Positions 1 to 22,290 of a stretch of 64,000 nt of DNA are shown here, piece after piece (position 1 is the first letter of the stretch; each line of letters starts with the position of its first letter). The translations under genes and the position numbers were made by a program. Location of the stretch: assembly GCA_030141605.1 (NCBI GenBank), contig JAQGDQ010000010.1, forward strand, positions 1,426,001 to 1,490,000, read 5' to 3'. Source of the DNA: Tubiluchus corallicola (taxonomy: Eukaryota > Animalia > Priapulida). The notes beneath the pieces are model-generated. The model was not told the DNA's origin. It did not search any database and saw nothing but the letters and a program-made list of their open reading frames with translations.

Positions 1-3000
1 GCCCTGCCTTTTTTGTCTCACTATGGTGTAGTTTGAGCCTACGTCATTTTGTTTTGCTTGAAATTATGCTCATCAAATGTGTTACTCTGTTTTAATTTCT
101 AAAATCAAGGAGGTCAGCAACATAAAAAATCTTTCATTGCACAAGATTACTGAGGTCTGGAGCATTTCTGTCAAGTAATAACAGGAATATTTATTTAATA
201 AAAACTGGCAATTTCACGAAAACAGCTATTGTGCAGCCATCTTCTAACAGTTAATCAAAATGGCAGAAACTTTACAGCTTTAACTAGCTCATTGATTACA
301 GTCTTTACGTTGTACTCTTTGATTCATTGTATGTTACAGCGGAATACTACAGCAAACAATCAATTTTCTTAACTGACGAATTAATTCACAAAAATATTTC
401 TTCTCTTCCGTAAGCGCTGACATATTGTTACACGCTTGTTAACACGCTGCAAGCAGTTTTCTCTGTAAAATCCATGATAGCTTACAACGTGCGTGAAAGA
501 CGACTATTACGACTATAACGCTTATAATGGTGAGAGAAGTGTTTCATTATAATCTTACGATGGGCAGTTAACAAAATCGTGATTAGTATTATCACTGATA
601 TGCAGCTAACCCACTTTTTTTGTTTTCGGTCTCAGCAACACCAATTATTGCTCATAAAACTCCATTTTTATGTTCCAATTACCCAGTAGTCATATTCTTA
701 AATTAGCGTCTAGAATTAATTTGCATAAACAATGCAACAATCTCGCGTTTAAAAGGCTATTAACGTCTTTTTAATTAGTAATTAACAGTTTTCTAACGGC
801 AAAATTTTAAGCATGCAGTCAAGTGCTGCAGTACAATTTCAAAACTTTATGTAAAATGTGCGAAAGTTCAGAAGTAAAATGACTAAAGTTAACAAACTGT
901 TTTTCTGTCTCAATGCTAGCAACTATTGCAGCCAATTGTTGCCAAAAAGCATAGGTTTACAAAGGTAAAAGGATCAGTGAATTTTTAAATACGTTGAATG
1001 TGTTAAAAATTCGTAAAATATAGTTTCACCCGCTAGTAGCCATCGTATGTATGAAAGGCTCCAGTTAGTAATCTTACATTTTTTTTACAAAATGTAAACG
1101 TGCTAAGGAAAACTCGTTTCATTTTCCTAATAAACGGCTAATCTTTAAAATGGCGGCGACTAGTTGGTTAGCGCGGGAGTTCAAAGTTTTACATACTGTT
1201 TATTGAGTTAAGTCACTGGGTTACTAACATGATAATAACACTAGAAATACATGATATAAAATAAAAAGCGAGTTCTTAGCTGTTTGTGAAAATTTCTTGA
1301 CCTTGTACTTTAACTAAGCTTGACACTAACATCATTGTCATCATTTTTAAATAGAAAAATATTTAAGATCCTTGGAATTGAAGAGCAACCTAATAATAAC
1401 AGCATGCTGCTGTTATTCCTAATCACGTAATTAGTCACTAATTCGTCATTTTGATTGTTTCTAATTAACGAATCAATAATGAAAGCAGATAAAAACAGAT
1501 CCAGGCGGAACTTCGGAAGAACACGTATTGGCATTCGCTGTCTGCTCGTTAAGAAATGAAATGGAAAATCTCAGCTTTTAGTTTTAGGTTACACTCGAGC
1601 CAAAAATGTTATTATATGTAATTATTTATGACTATCATTTTAATTCCATTCACTGGGGTTTTTTGCCAGTCAATGGTCTTTTACTCATTAGTGAGGCGCT
1701 TACGTCTTGCATAAACGAACGTCTCATTCAATCAATTTACGCTATCGAAATATGATTAGTTTTAGTTAAATGCCGTGATACTATAGTAATGAAGTCTTAC
1801 TTGACCGTAGAACCGAATCGACGGCCAGCTCTCCACCAAGAATCCTTGATTCGTAACGACAGTCTGCCTGCAGTTCACACCTTGTGTTCTTCCTTCGCCA
1901 TTAAACAAATAATCTCATTCCGTCTTTACCAAGGGCATCTGCGGCAGCCAAATTTGTGACAGGAGCTGCAGGAGTTGCGCAGCACGAATGCGCAGTGACG
2001 AGGGGCAAGATGCGGGGCCACGATTTGGCGACCGCCGCTGCAGCAGCAATCAATAGGGGATGAGGCAGTGCAGGTCAAGTGTAGCTAACGTAATATAATG
2101 CGGGAATCCGTTCAAATGTGGCTTCCTATATGCGACATACAACCCTACTAATTAAGTTGTTGGAGGATCGAACCTAATGTCCACCAATTTCACCAATAAA
2201 CTCATTCAATTTTATGCAACCCTTCCTTGGAAAAAACAAAGCGGACCAATCGCTCGTGACAATTCATCACACTACTGCCCAAGATGCTAAAGCCAAGCGC
2301 ATGTTTTGGGTAAAAAACCCTAGCGTGCAGTTGGCACACCCTAACAACGTTTGCTACGTTGCTAAATCATGGGCTGTTTGGACTGCTAAGAATCCAAAGT
2401 TAAACGGTAATTCATTATCAATACATATAAACATTGATAATATTTTTATATTTGTAAGTACCTACACAACTGGGGACGAGATTCTACTTCTGCTGGCGCT
2501 ACTACGCACAGGTTGTTTGTGCATTCAATCTCAGGAAATTTAATGTTTTTCGGGTCTACTATAGCGACATAAGGCAACAAATGTAACAAAATAACACAGA
2601 ATAAGCGGCCATTATTCAATATTTAGCACAATTTGCGTTACGGTGGCGTTAGATGATTTATTATTGATCTAAAGTGGAAAGTACCAAAAAAGTTAATGGC
2701 ACCAAAGAAAAATATGCGCCACAATAGGAACTAACTATTGCAGCTTCATCAGTTTATTGCGTTAGTCGTCAATGAAAGCTATGCCGCTACGTTTGTGCCA
2801 CAAATGCCTCTGCTTTCTAACGTCATGTAGGTGTACAGTAAATCTGTAACTACAAATTTAAGCCACAGAATCTTCGGTTTACTGTCGTACCCATAGGTTG
2901 GTCACTCTTTGATGAAATGACATCAGAGGCATCATTCTCTTGGTACCTTGTTAATGCTTTCACAACTTTCTAATTCCTAAAGTACCAAATACCAAAATCT

Positions 3001-3626
3001 GAAATACATGTATAACTGATTCGCCGTATCCAAAATCATCCTAGACTGGCATTTGATATTCATAATAACAATGGTTCATCTGACCCATTCCAAGAATGGA
3101 ATGATTGTTCAACAGATTATTAATGATATTATGGCTGAATATTGAGAAAAGTGTCCACGATGCTTTATAAAACAACAATTGTATATGCTAATGTGACAAC
3201 ATTTGTCTAGTGGTAACGCGCACGTTTAGCAAATTCACACATATTAGGAAATTCAGTCGTACTGTTTGTGCATTGCACGTCCCAGGTCAGTTTCATTAAT
3301 GAATTGTTAAATGGATTCGGAGTTGCTGATAATAACGTCACCCGTAAACAATTTTTACATAGTTTGATTGCACTGCATTTGCCTCACTTTCTCAATTTAT
3401 TTGATTTATCACATTTCTTGCACTTGAAGAAAAAATTACTATGATTTTAGACCGTGGATTTTTAATAGAAAAAATAAGTTTTACATTTTGCCGTGAAACT
3501 AGACAAGCACTTTGAATCAAATGTTTTTAATGTGTGAAACGATGTTTTCAATGACCTGATACCGTTTTTATTCTAACGTATGTGCATAATTAATTATTTA
3601 TAATGTGATCTTTAAGATTACATATT

Positions 3627-4005
3627 AATGACGAAACGAATCAAACAATTGTTGAATTTTTCAAGCTAAACTTATCAGAAAGGAAGAACAATAAAAAAGT
3701 CCGGATTGTGCGTGGATTTGAGCCAAGGAACTTTGGATTACAAATCGAACGTAACGACCACTAGACTACTTCACTGCGATTATGACAATCCACTCCTTAC
3801 AGCCCAGCAACCAAAACAAAACTTTCCAGTGTTAGATGATTCACGCTAGGATAATTACTAACTAATTAGATTGATCTTATAATTAAAATAAAGCCTGTAG
3901 CATAAAGATCTCTGATTCAAATCCAGGCTCAGCCCGGTTGTTTCCTGCCTTGGCTTCAAAGTTGGGTTACAAAAATTTTAATAATTGTGAGTTCGTTCCA
4001 TGTGA
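3627..4005. mobile_element. Two oppositely oriented copies of a degenerate repeat containing a tRNA-like segment
   Basis: The minus copy (about 3627-3875) has A-box-like TAGTCTAGTGG and B-box-like GGCTCAAATCC. The plus copy (about 3890-4005) has GATTCAAATCC. The two align by eye as reverse complements, and a third copy lies at about 50938-51170. Confidence 0.55.
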
Positions 4006-4411
4006 CTTAGCGTGACTTGTGTCTTTAGCATCAGTAATCTTAACTATTATTTCTGCATGTAAAATTGTACATTAGTAAACGTCTGGCTGTTGTATCTGAT
4101 CCAAGCTGAAATAATCTATTCTCATTTGTTACAAATTCAATTTATCTGTTAATCATTTAACGCTTATTAATGTGTGACATATTTAAGACTGAGCAGTTAC
4201 AGTGCGCATGCGCTACAGAACAAAACTTCTTTCGCGAAACTGTCATTTTAGACTTCATTGTCAATTCTAGACAACTAGCGGCGACTGTATCACCTTCCAA
4301 ATTTCTCCTGTTTCCCAGAGATCATGTAAAACCTCGATCGTCTGGTACAGAGGCACAAGCCGTTGCTCAAACTCGCAATCAATTTTTACTTGGGGGGCTC
4401 ATTGGAAGCCC

Positions 4412-4425
4412 GTTGCTATGGTAAC
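4412..4425. promoter_or_regulatory. RFX X-box-like motif GTTGCTATGGTAAC
   Basis: Matches the GTTGCCATGGCAAC-type consensus. An NRF1-like TGCGCATGCGC lies at about 4203. Confidence 0.4.
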
Positions 4426-7400
4426 GGATTTAGTGGATGCAGGCGCAGAGTGGTCTTGACGTTTAGTAATCCCCGCAGGTGTGTGAAGAGGACACGGAGT
4501 GTAATGTGCATAATGTCTACTGTATACCTGCATGTGGGCTTCAGCTGATAATGGAGGAGGAACCTGGGAAGCCATTTTGGAAACAGGTGTTAGGTGCGTG
4601 ACCTGTTCTGCCTTTTCAATAGCTAAATGGGCACGTTCTAAAAAGTAAAGTAACATTGGAGTCGAGTTTGGACATTTGCCAACAAAACGCTCGTTTGCAC
4701 ATGTAGCAAGAGTGTGAATGTAACATTCTTAATTGGCACATGGGAAATTGGCCTCAATTGATTATTGGTGATATGAAGTTAAGAAACAACTTTCTTTCGC
4801 GACTCTTGCGTTCCTTCAATACTTTGCAATTGCTTCCTTTCCATAAGCAAAAAAGCCCGTTTTAGGTCAAAAATCTCAAAAAAGTAAGAGCTAATGGCTT
4901 AACTTACAATCGGATTTCCAAGACCACTGTAATCGGATGGCTTTAAGTTTCGGATGGATTTAAAATTGGAGTGGTGACTGCGTAGAAAAGTGCTATCCTT
5001 TGGATAGTTATATACGCCTGCATCACAACAACTTAACTAATGCAGTTGTCGAGAAAAGACAGGGCTGTTATAAACAGATTTAAGTAACATTGAGTGTAAG
5101 AAAACAATGGACTGCACAAATTTCTATTTCTTGATTGCTACAAAACTGCTTTGACGTTTATCTCATATTTAATATCTTGTTGAATTCACTGTCTATTATG
5201 GAATTTGTGAGTACAAGGCTTAAATAAGTCTTAAACAAATCTTTACTTCCCTATCTTACTGCAGCACAATTACTTCTTTTATACTAATGACAAATACGTT
5301 TAACATGTTCATATAGTGTAGTAATATTGAAAGTTTGCCTCTTTGTATTGACAGCACAATTATACTGAATGTGATAACAATAAAAACTTCAAACTTCACA
5401 ATATAATACAACAAAGAAATTATAGGTAACTAGCAGGTGAATCATACACTTATTGCTTTGGTGTAAATTAAGGTGATGTGATTTAATGCCTTCCAGTGAT
5501 GGGATTAACTGTTTCTATTAGCACTCAATGACAATTGGTATATTAATTAACGAAAAGTAAACAAAGTTGCGAAACAAAAATGGCTTTGTTGAATATTGCT
5601 TTGCAGTCAGATGTGAGGTAAACGTATGAGGCTAAACGTGATGAAATTTTTCAACGTAGCCGGTTAATTATTTCGGCGGTTGAGGACCACCATAACTAAC
5701 AGAAACGTGAAACAAATTAGGCTGTGTAAGTGTGGGCTGCCAAATAGCATACTAAGATCGTTTAACATTCTACAACGCAATATCCTTAACAATGTCAACA
5801 AGCTCCTTGCTTTCCAATATTTTGACAATTTTAATGGCTTCTTGCTTGGCAAAATATTTTTGCCTGGAGCGGGCGGCCGAGAGACACACACATAAACATG
5901 ATCAATAAGAATTATAACATGCATGCATCTACATAAAATGAAGCAGTTAAAATAAAATTTATATCCAGTTGAGCGCAGGAAAATCGATAACTATTATCCG
6001 CATTTATTGGCCGGTTTTCACAAGAGAGAGGAGAAGCCAAGAGCGGCTCCGTTATCACGTGACGCGGTGTTTTTGGAGGTGCTGTAATCTGAAGAAGAGG
6101 ATGTTAGAAATTTGACATTTGAAATTGGAAAACTGACAGTCAGTGTTTATATTCCATGCTCAGTTATCTCTCAAATGTTTAATACTAACATTTACCTAAC
6201 TCTGTAAATAATTGCCTATTAAATAATGTGAAATCCCTGTATGAAAGTGTATGTTGTACTTTTCTTGGCTGTCTGTCAGGTGCCAAATCACTTCATGGCA
6301 TCTTGGCTAAAAGTGGAGTTGTCATTTTTAGTCCTGTCTAGTTCAGTTCTAATCACGACTTAGAACTAAAGTCTGCATTTTCGAACCCAAACATTGGTAT
6401 AAAGCAAGTGAACCCTTTTAGTTGAACGATATTCGTATGCTTAGTGCTGTTAGGCAAAGGTGGCGCATTTCCAAATTTCCATACACACTATGTACTCGAT
6501 CGAAATCCTGGCATTTTTATTTTATTTTTTGACGTAGCTTTTCCTCCCATCGTCTATCCTGGAGGACTTTTCGACTTCCACGAGACGAAACAATTACATG
6601 TTTTAGTTAACGTACACGTAGAAACATGTATACACGTATCAGTATAATCGCAACATTCATTATCGAGATTGAGATTTTGTGGTCGACATTTTACCTCCGT
6701 CATCCAGTGCGCGGTGCTGTGGCCCTTAACTTCCAAGCTGGTCGACTTCCTAGGATATGAAATTTCACCATCAGAAAAGCGTTAGAAATATCCGGTAGTT
6801 CTTGACATTTACTTCAGTTTGATAAATGATACCTTATATAACCACGCAGGGTGGGATACTTTACGCACGAATTGCTTTGTCGTGTAACTCTTGTTTGACA
6901 ATAAGATTTTGTGTATTGTTGTTAATAGACTTTTTAAAAAAGTATCATAACCTGAAAAACAACGCCGAGTGTGCAATGTTTTGTTTAAATACTTTTAATT
7001 TATGTTTTCCTTTTAGATGACTCTGAAAAAGAAATATTTGATTAGATGCCTTCTTCCAAAATAAAGTAAATGGATTAATTTTTCAATGCTTGTTGGGATG
7101 CACACAGCACATACAACGGCAAAGATAACAAGAGATGGGAACACGGTAAAGGGACTGCATGACGTCAGAGTTGTTTGCTGCAGCTGGAAAATTTTTGGTT
7201 AGGCGTCATCCTGTTAAGACTCTTAAACTCTGCATTTTTTCCCTTTACATCTACATCATATTTCAAATAAGATATTGTTTTTGAATGCCTTTCACAGGAA
7301 GAGAGATATCCCGAAGTTGATACGCAAGTACACAAGAAAGAACACCAGCATAAAAATATTGAAGCCATCAATAATTAGGCCTACAGTTTCCACTAATGAG

Positions 7401-8456
7401 GCAAAATTTGCATACCATACTACCGAAAAACAGAAGGCAAATCCATGACCATCAATTAAATTCGAAGATCACTGCTCTGTCATCAAGATAAGGTACCACT
7501 TAATTTTCACCCTAACAGCAGTTGTTACATTGCTGTCGTTTTGTACCATCTATATGGTTTTGTCAGGTTACTGAATACTTCGAGACATTCAATGTCAATA
7601 TTAAGCATTTTCCCTTTTGTATTTATATTTTACGGATGAAAGATAAAACCATCAACGTTTAATAATGATGTCTAATAATCTGTATAGTTATTTATGAAGA
7701 AAAACGGTTTGTTTTTTATTATTCATCGACACGAACAACTAGGCGATAACCTAACAAGAAAATATCTGTAATTTAATTTTAAAAAGGAACTGTTCGAAGA
7801 ACTTAGTGAATTAACAGTGCCGCGGAATTTAATTTTAAATTAATTTTATCCAACTAGCCTACTTTCTATCTTGTTTATCAAGTGCATTCCTAAATTCATA
7901 CAAGAGTCTAGGTCTAAGAGAAATCCAAACATTTGAGTTGTTAGGAGTTGCATTTGACCAACTCGACCAAATCCAAAAGTTAGGCAAAATGTAGCGGTTG
8001 TTAACAAATCTTTGAGTTAGTCCAGCAAAAATTGTGCAACCAGCATTTGGTAATCGCGATCTATTCTTAAGTAGAAAAAATTCCCCGTTAATAATGAGTG
8101 AGCGGCCCATCCAGTTTCTGAGCATGCGCATCAAACAGCTCTTGAATATTTAATGACAAGCTGGTAAGATTCATTTGGGCTGCATAAATTTTTACGACGC
8201 CGCGTCTAAATAGGAATAAATTAGTGCAAAAGAAAGGAAGCTGAATTAAAACAAATGCAATGTCACACGCCACCTATCAACATCAAAATGGCAAACTTGT
8301 TATTCTAAGTTTTGATTTCACCGTGATTTGGCAAATAGGCATTTTGCAAATTAGCTAAACAGATTTACACCTGATACTGAACATTCTTCTGAAAAAACCC
8401 GTTAGCTCAGCAAACATAGCACGTTGTACAAAACATTTAAGTCGCGACGCCATCCA

Positions 8457-8615
8457 GTGACAAGAAAGAAAAAGAAATCATTAACCAGTGCTCTTCCAAT
8501 TCGACTGGCCAGCGTGTCTTGCTGCCAGAACTGTGGAATCCAAATGACTCAGCGACAAAAAAAGAAAAGAAATATTAACCAGTACTGACCAATTCGACTG
8601 ACCAAACTGTCCTTG
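8457..8615. repeat. Imperfect direct duplication of an approximately 65-bp unit
   Basis: GACAAgAAAGAAAAAGAAATcATTAACCAGTgCT..CCAATTCGACTGgCCA at about 8459 recurs at about 8553. Confidence 0.7.
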
Positions 8616-10329
8616 GTCTTGCCTGAAATGCGCTAATAAAATCACTACTATACTATTTTTAAAAATATCTAAAATAACTAAATTTAACTAAACTGTTGCC
8701 AATAATAAACAGCCTGCGAAAGATTAACATTCTCGTTTATTTTTATTTAAAAACTTTTCATTTTCTTGTACTGATGACATTGCGCTTTTAAATAAAAATA
8801 AATAAAAAACTTGGAATTCCAGCATCGATTTTTTTACAGATGTATGTGTCTTTTGTCCTTGTAAGTACATGTTAAAACAAAAAATAGCCTGCTTCTTATA
8901 GGGTGGCGGCAAATACAAGAATGTAAACACATTATAGAGTTTTACTTTTATACAATATGCATTGACTGCGGGAACTTACTATAAAAGCTTGCGGCGGGAC
9001 AGAAATCAAGCCAGTTATCAAAGATGAGACACTAAGACCAGAGACTGAAATAGCAGAGATGCCTTAGCTGCGTTTGGATGCGTGCATTCTTTCTCAAATG
9101 GCAGATAGCAGTGTCTTTCTCTGCTGGTTTTCTATCCGTTTACTGACCTGCGCATTTATTGCATAACATTGACTGCAATGCGTCGCCATACCTATCCAAC
9201 TGTTCCCTCTTGAAGAATATTGTTTCAGTACTCCTATACTTATCTTTACATACCGCATCACCAATACTGAGTTATGTTTTGTGGGGCAAAATGATAGATG
9301 CATTGGTAAATGCTTCGTTCGTAAACTGTGTTGTAAAAATTTCATTTTTAACAAAAGTTCCTCCGCGAAACCCTCTTAACTGGTTACAGTAAGGCCCATT
9401 TCATACTGAGGATGCAAGAAAATGATGCACTGAATTGTTCTTAGAAAATCAAAATAATTTCCGAAAAAAAATCTATTTATTCGCGGCAACTCATGCAGTA
9501 AGGAAGTTTATTTCATCCAGAAACCTCACGGTTTTTTGCACGCGTCCAGCTATCTCCAGCATTCAGTGCCTGACAGTATATGCAATGTTTACTCGATTTC
9601 ATGAATCTAATTACCACGGTATCTCTAATAAACTAAAAAAATCGTTTATATGATAAAATATAGATCAAGTATAATACTTTTTTACTAAAATACTTAAATT
9701 GTTGTTCACTAAACAAGAAAGAAATAAGCCTAATTAAAAGCAGATAAATTTTAAATGTAAATTCCTCGAGGATTCCTGACGATAATAGGACATGTTTCAT
9801 TTCTGTCTTTTTCATAAAAGACACTTTTCTAACAGCTGTGTCCTGTTCATTGTAAAGTTTAATGCGAGGCCACAATATAGCGGAGGAATCGAATAAGATA
9901 TAAAAAAGGAATAGGGAAAAACATACAATAATCAGCTAAATCTCTACTCTCTTCAATAATCAACACTTCATTGGCAGATCATAGACTTAACTTTTATTTC
10001 TACTAACGGTTAAATGCATTAGGCCGTGCCTTATGCTCATGTAACCATGCATCTGTAACACAAAAATTTCTATTATTAGATATGTTGACAGTTGAGGCAA
10101 ACCTGTCATTTCTCATAGTTTGGTGGATGCCCTGTAAAGTTTATGACATCTATCTAAGATGCATTGTTGCGCCTAGAGCAAGCAAGAGGCCTATGCACAC
10201 ATACTTCTGTAACTGACCACATGCTGTTCGTAATGAATTATCTGGGTAAGGTTTACTTATCACAGCTCCTCTATTGATTGCAAGGAAGCCATATTTAATA
10301 GCGACTCAAATGGAACCATCGTCACTTAC

Positions 10330-20294
<9,965 letters not shown>

Positions 20295-21404
20295 TATCTG
20301 CAACAAACGCAAAAAACTCATTTTACCTATTTTACAGTCAACATCTAATGGCAATGTATTATCCATTTTAAGCTAGGGTAGTCTGCTGAATTTTCTTTAA
20401 ATCATAGTGTTCCTTTACCCATTGTTGTGATCAGCTGATTGTTGTGACGCGCGCGCGGGCCTAGGACAGTTCGACTAGCGCTATCCGGAGTGTTCGTGAA
20501 CAACTGATTATCCGTGTTTGTAAGCAGTGATACAGGATGGTATGTTCTAGAGTTGAATAGGTTACTATTGCGAAACGAAGCGTTGCACCAAAAAAGACAT
20601 TTCTTACGTTTTCCATTTTTTGCATCATAATAACCAATCCAACAGAAACAATTTTGTTTTTAAGTTCGCTATAAGCAGGCAGTTTCAACAAAAGTTCGAC
20701 TGTCGAATACACACTGCATTAATCCGTCATACCTTACGCACAATCGGATCAATTCCGACACCCAACCGGCCGGTTCGGATCAATCGATTTTGCTCGCCGC
20801 TTGAGTGCACAAAGGCTGGTTGGACGACTAATCATCCTAAGCCTTAACAAAGCAAATTGTTAGCAAGCCCCCAAGTACTTTGGTCCTGTCCAATTTAACG
20901 CTATTTGATGGTCTTGTCTATTACGACGGATAAACGTTAACTGCAAAATTAATTTATGGAAACAGATTCATTTTTGCATGAATTGAACTTTCGCCGCTGA
21001 AAAAACATTTATTGCTGTCTACTGCAATAATTCATCTACCCGCAGCAACAACAACAACAACAACAGCACCAGCAAGCAGCAATGCAGCACCATCAGTAGC
21101 AGCAACAGCAATCAACAGCAACGAAAACAGTAGAAATAGCAATCTTATTTTAGCCAAATGCAGTAAACTTGCTGTCTGATGACTTGCACGTTACCTACAA
21201 CGATTATTATGAGAACAAGACCTTTTCTGATAAAAAAGATGTTGGTGATGATGAAAACAACGACCAATAACTGCGCCGCTACCATTGCTGCTTTTTTCTG
21301 CTGCTGTTGTTGTTGCTACTGTTATTTACTACTATTATTGATTTCTTGATATTGTTCTTGTTATTGTCGTCGTTATTGTCACACTGTTGTTTTTATTGTT
21401 GTTG

Positions 21405-21443
<39 letters not shown>

Positions 21444-21859
21444 CGACTACGATCACTACCACTACAACTGCTTTAGTACATTTAATTTATATTTGTTTTA
21501 CTCTTACTACGTAACGTACTGTCCTTCTGGCCGAAACCCCTCTACAGCCCTAGACGGGATGGTTTCTGTTCTGCAGGTTACATTTCAAGCCTTCAGCTGA
21601 GTTAGACTATTGATCACTGCATCAACCCACAGACTGTTGTAAATTGCCGTCGACTTTTTGTAGACGACGAATAAATCTTGAAGCGGGCAAAGGCAGTTGA
21701 CTAGTGACCGGTTGGCAAACGCAACTATATAGGCGGAACTTGTGCATCAATTACGATAACGACGTAGGTCGATTATATATTAATAACAGCTTTGGACATT
21801 TTGTTGTAAATTACCGTCTACTTTTTTGAAAACTGATGGTGTATTTCAATTTTGAATTT

Positions 21860-22290
21860 AAACCTTTATTACAGAATTTTTTCCATATAGAAAACAGGAG
21901 TTAAACACGCAATGACAGCATTATACAAAAAATTAATAAAACACACTTCTATGTACAGCACATACAACCATCTCCCCCCTCCTCCCCCACACATACATTT
22001 CGTTCTTATAGGCATTATAAAAAATAAAACATCAGTAGTTTAAAAGTAATACTAAAAAACAGTATGAAAATACAATAAAAAGACTGCAATAAAAATATAA
22101 TAAAGTCATAATAGCCTGGTTAATATAAATTTATATAATTTTAAGTCATTGCGGATGAATTTTAGATTTATACCTGCAGTACCAAATTTTTGACAGCCTG
22201 TTTTAAGTGACTATGTACATTTTCGAATTATAGTGTCGAAATACGGTATTGTAAGTTGAACACACATTATAGAACAGTCATATTGTAGCT
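21860..22290 (-). mobile_element. Degenerate 3' end of a non-LTR retrotransposon (RTE-X-like ORF2 C-terminus plus 3'UTR)
   Basis: Minus frame reads YDCSIMCVQLTIPYFDTIIRKCT*SLKNRLS, similar to the 30870 peptide, followed by a T-rich 3'UTR ending in AATAAA. Confidence 0.55.

Noticed and set aside
3700-3775. tRNA-like sequence as a functional tRNA gene
   Set aside because: Stems and boxes are degenerate, and the segment belongs to a repeated element.
5664-9875. Short ORFs as further NOL4 exons or independent genes
   Set aside because: No recognisable homology and no convincing phase-compatible splice sites.
20295-20366. Longer NOL4 N-terminus from the ORF-track start at 20366
   Set aside because: A pyrimidine-rich acceptor (ttgcag) precedes 20297, so the extension is more likely intronic.
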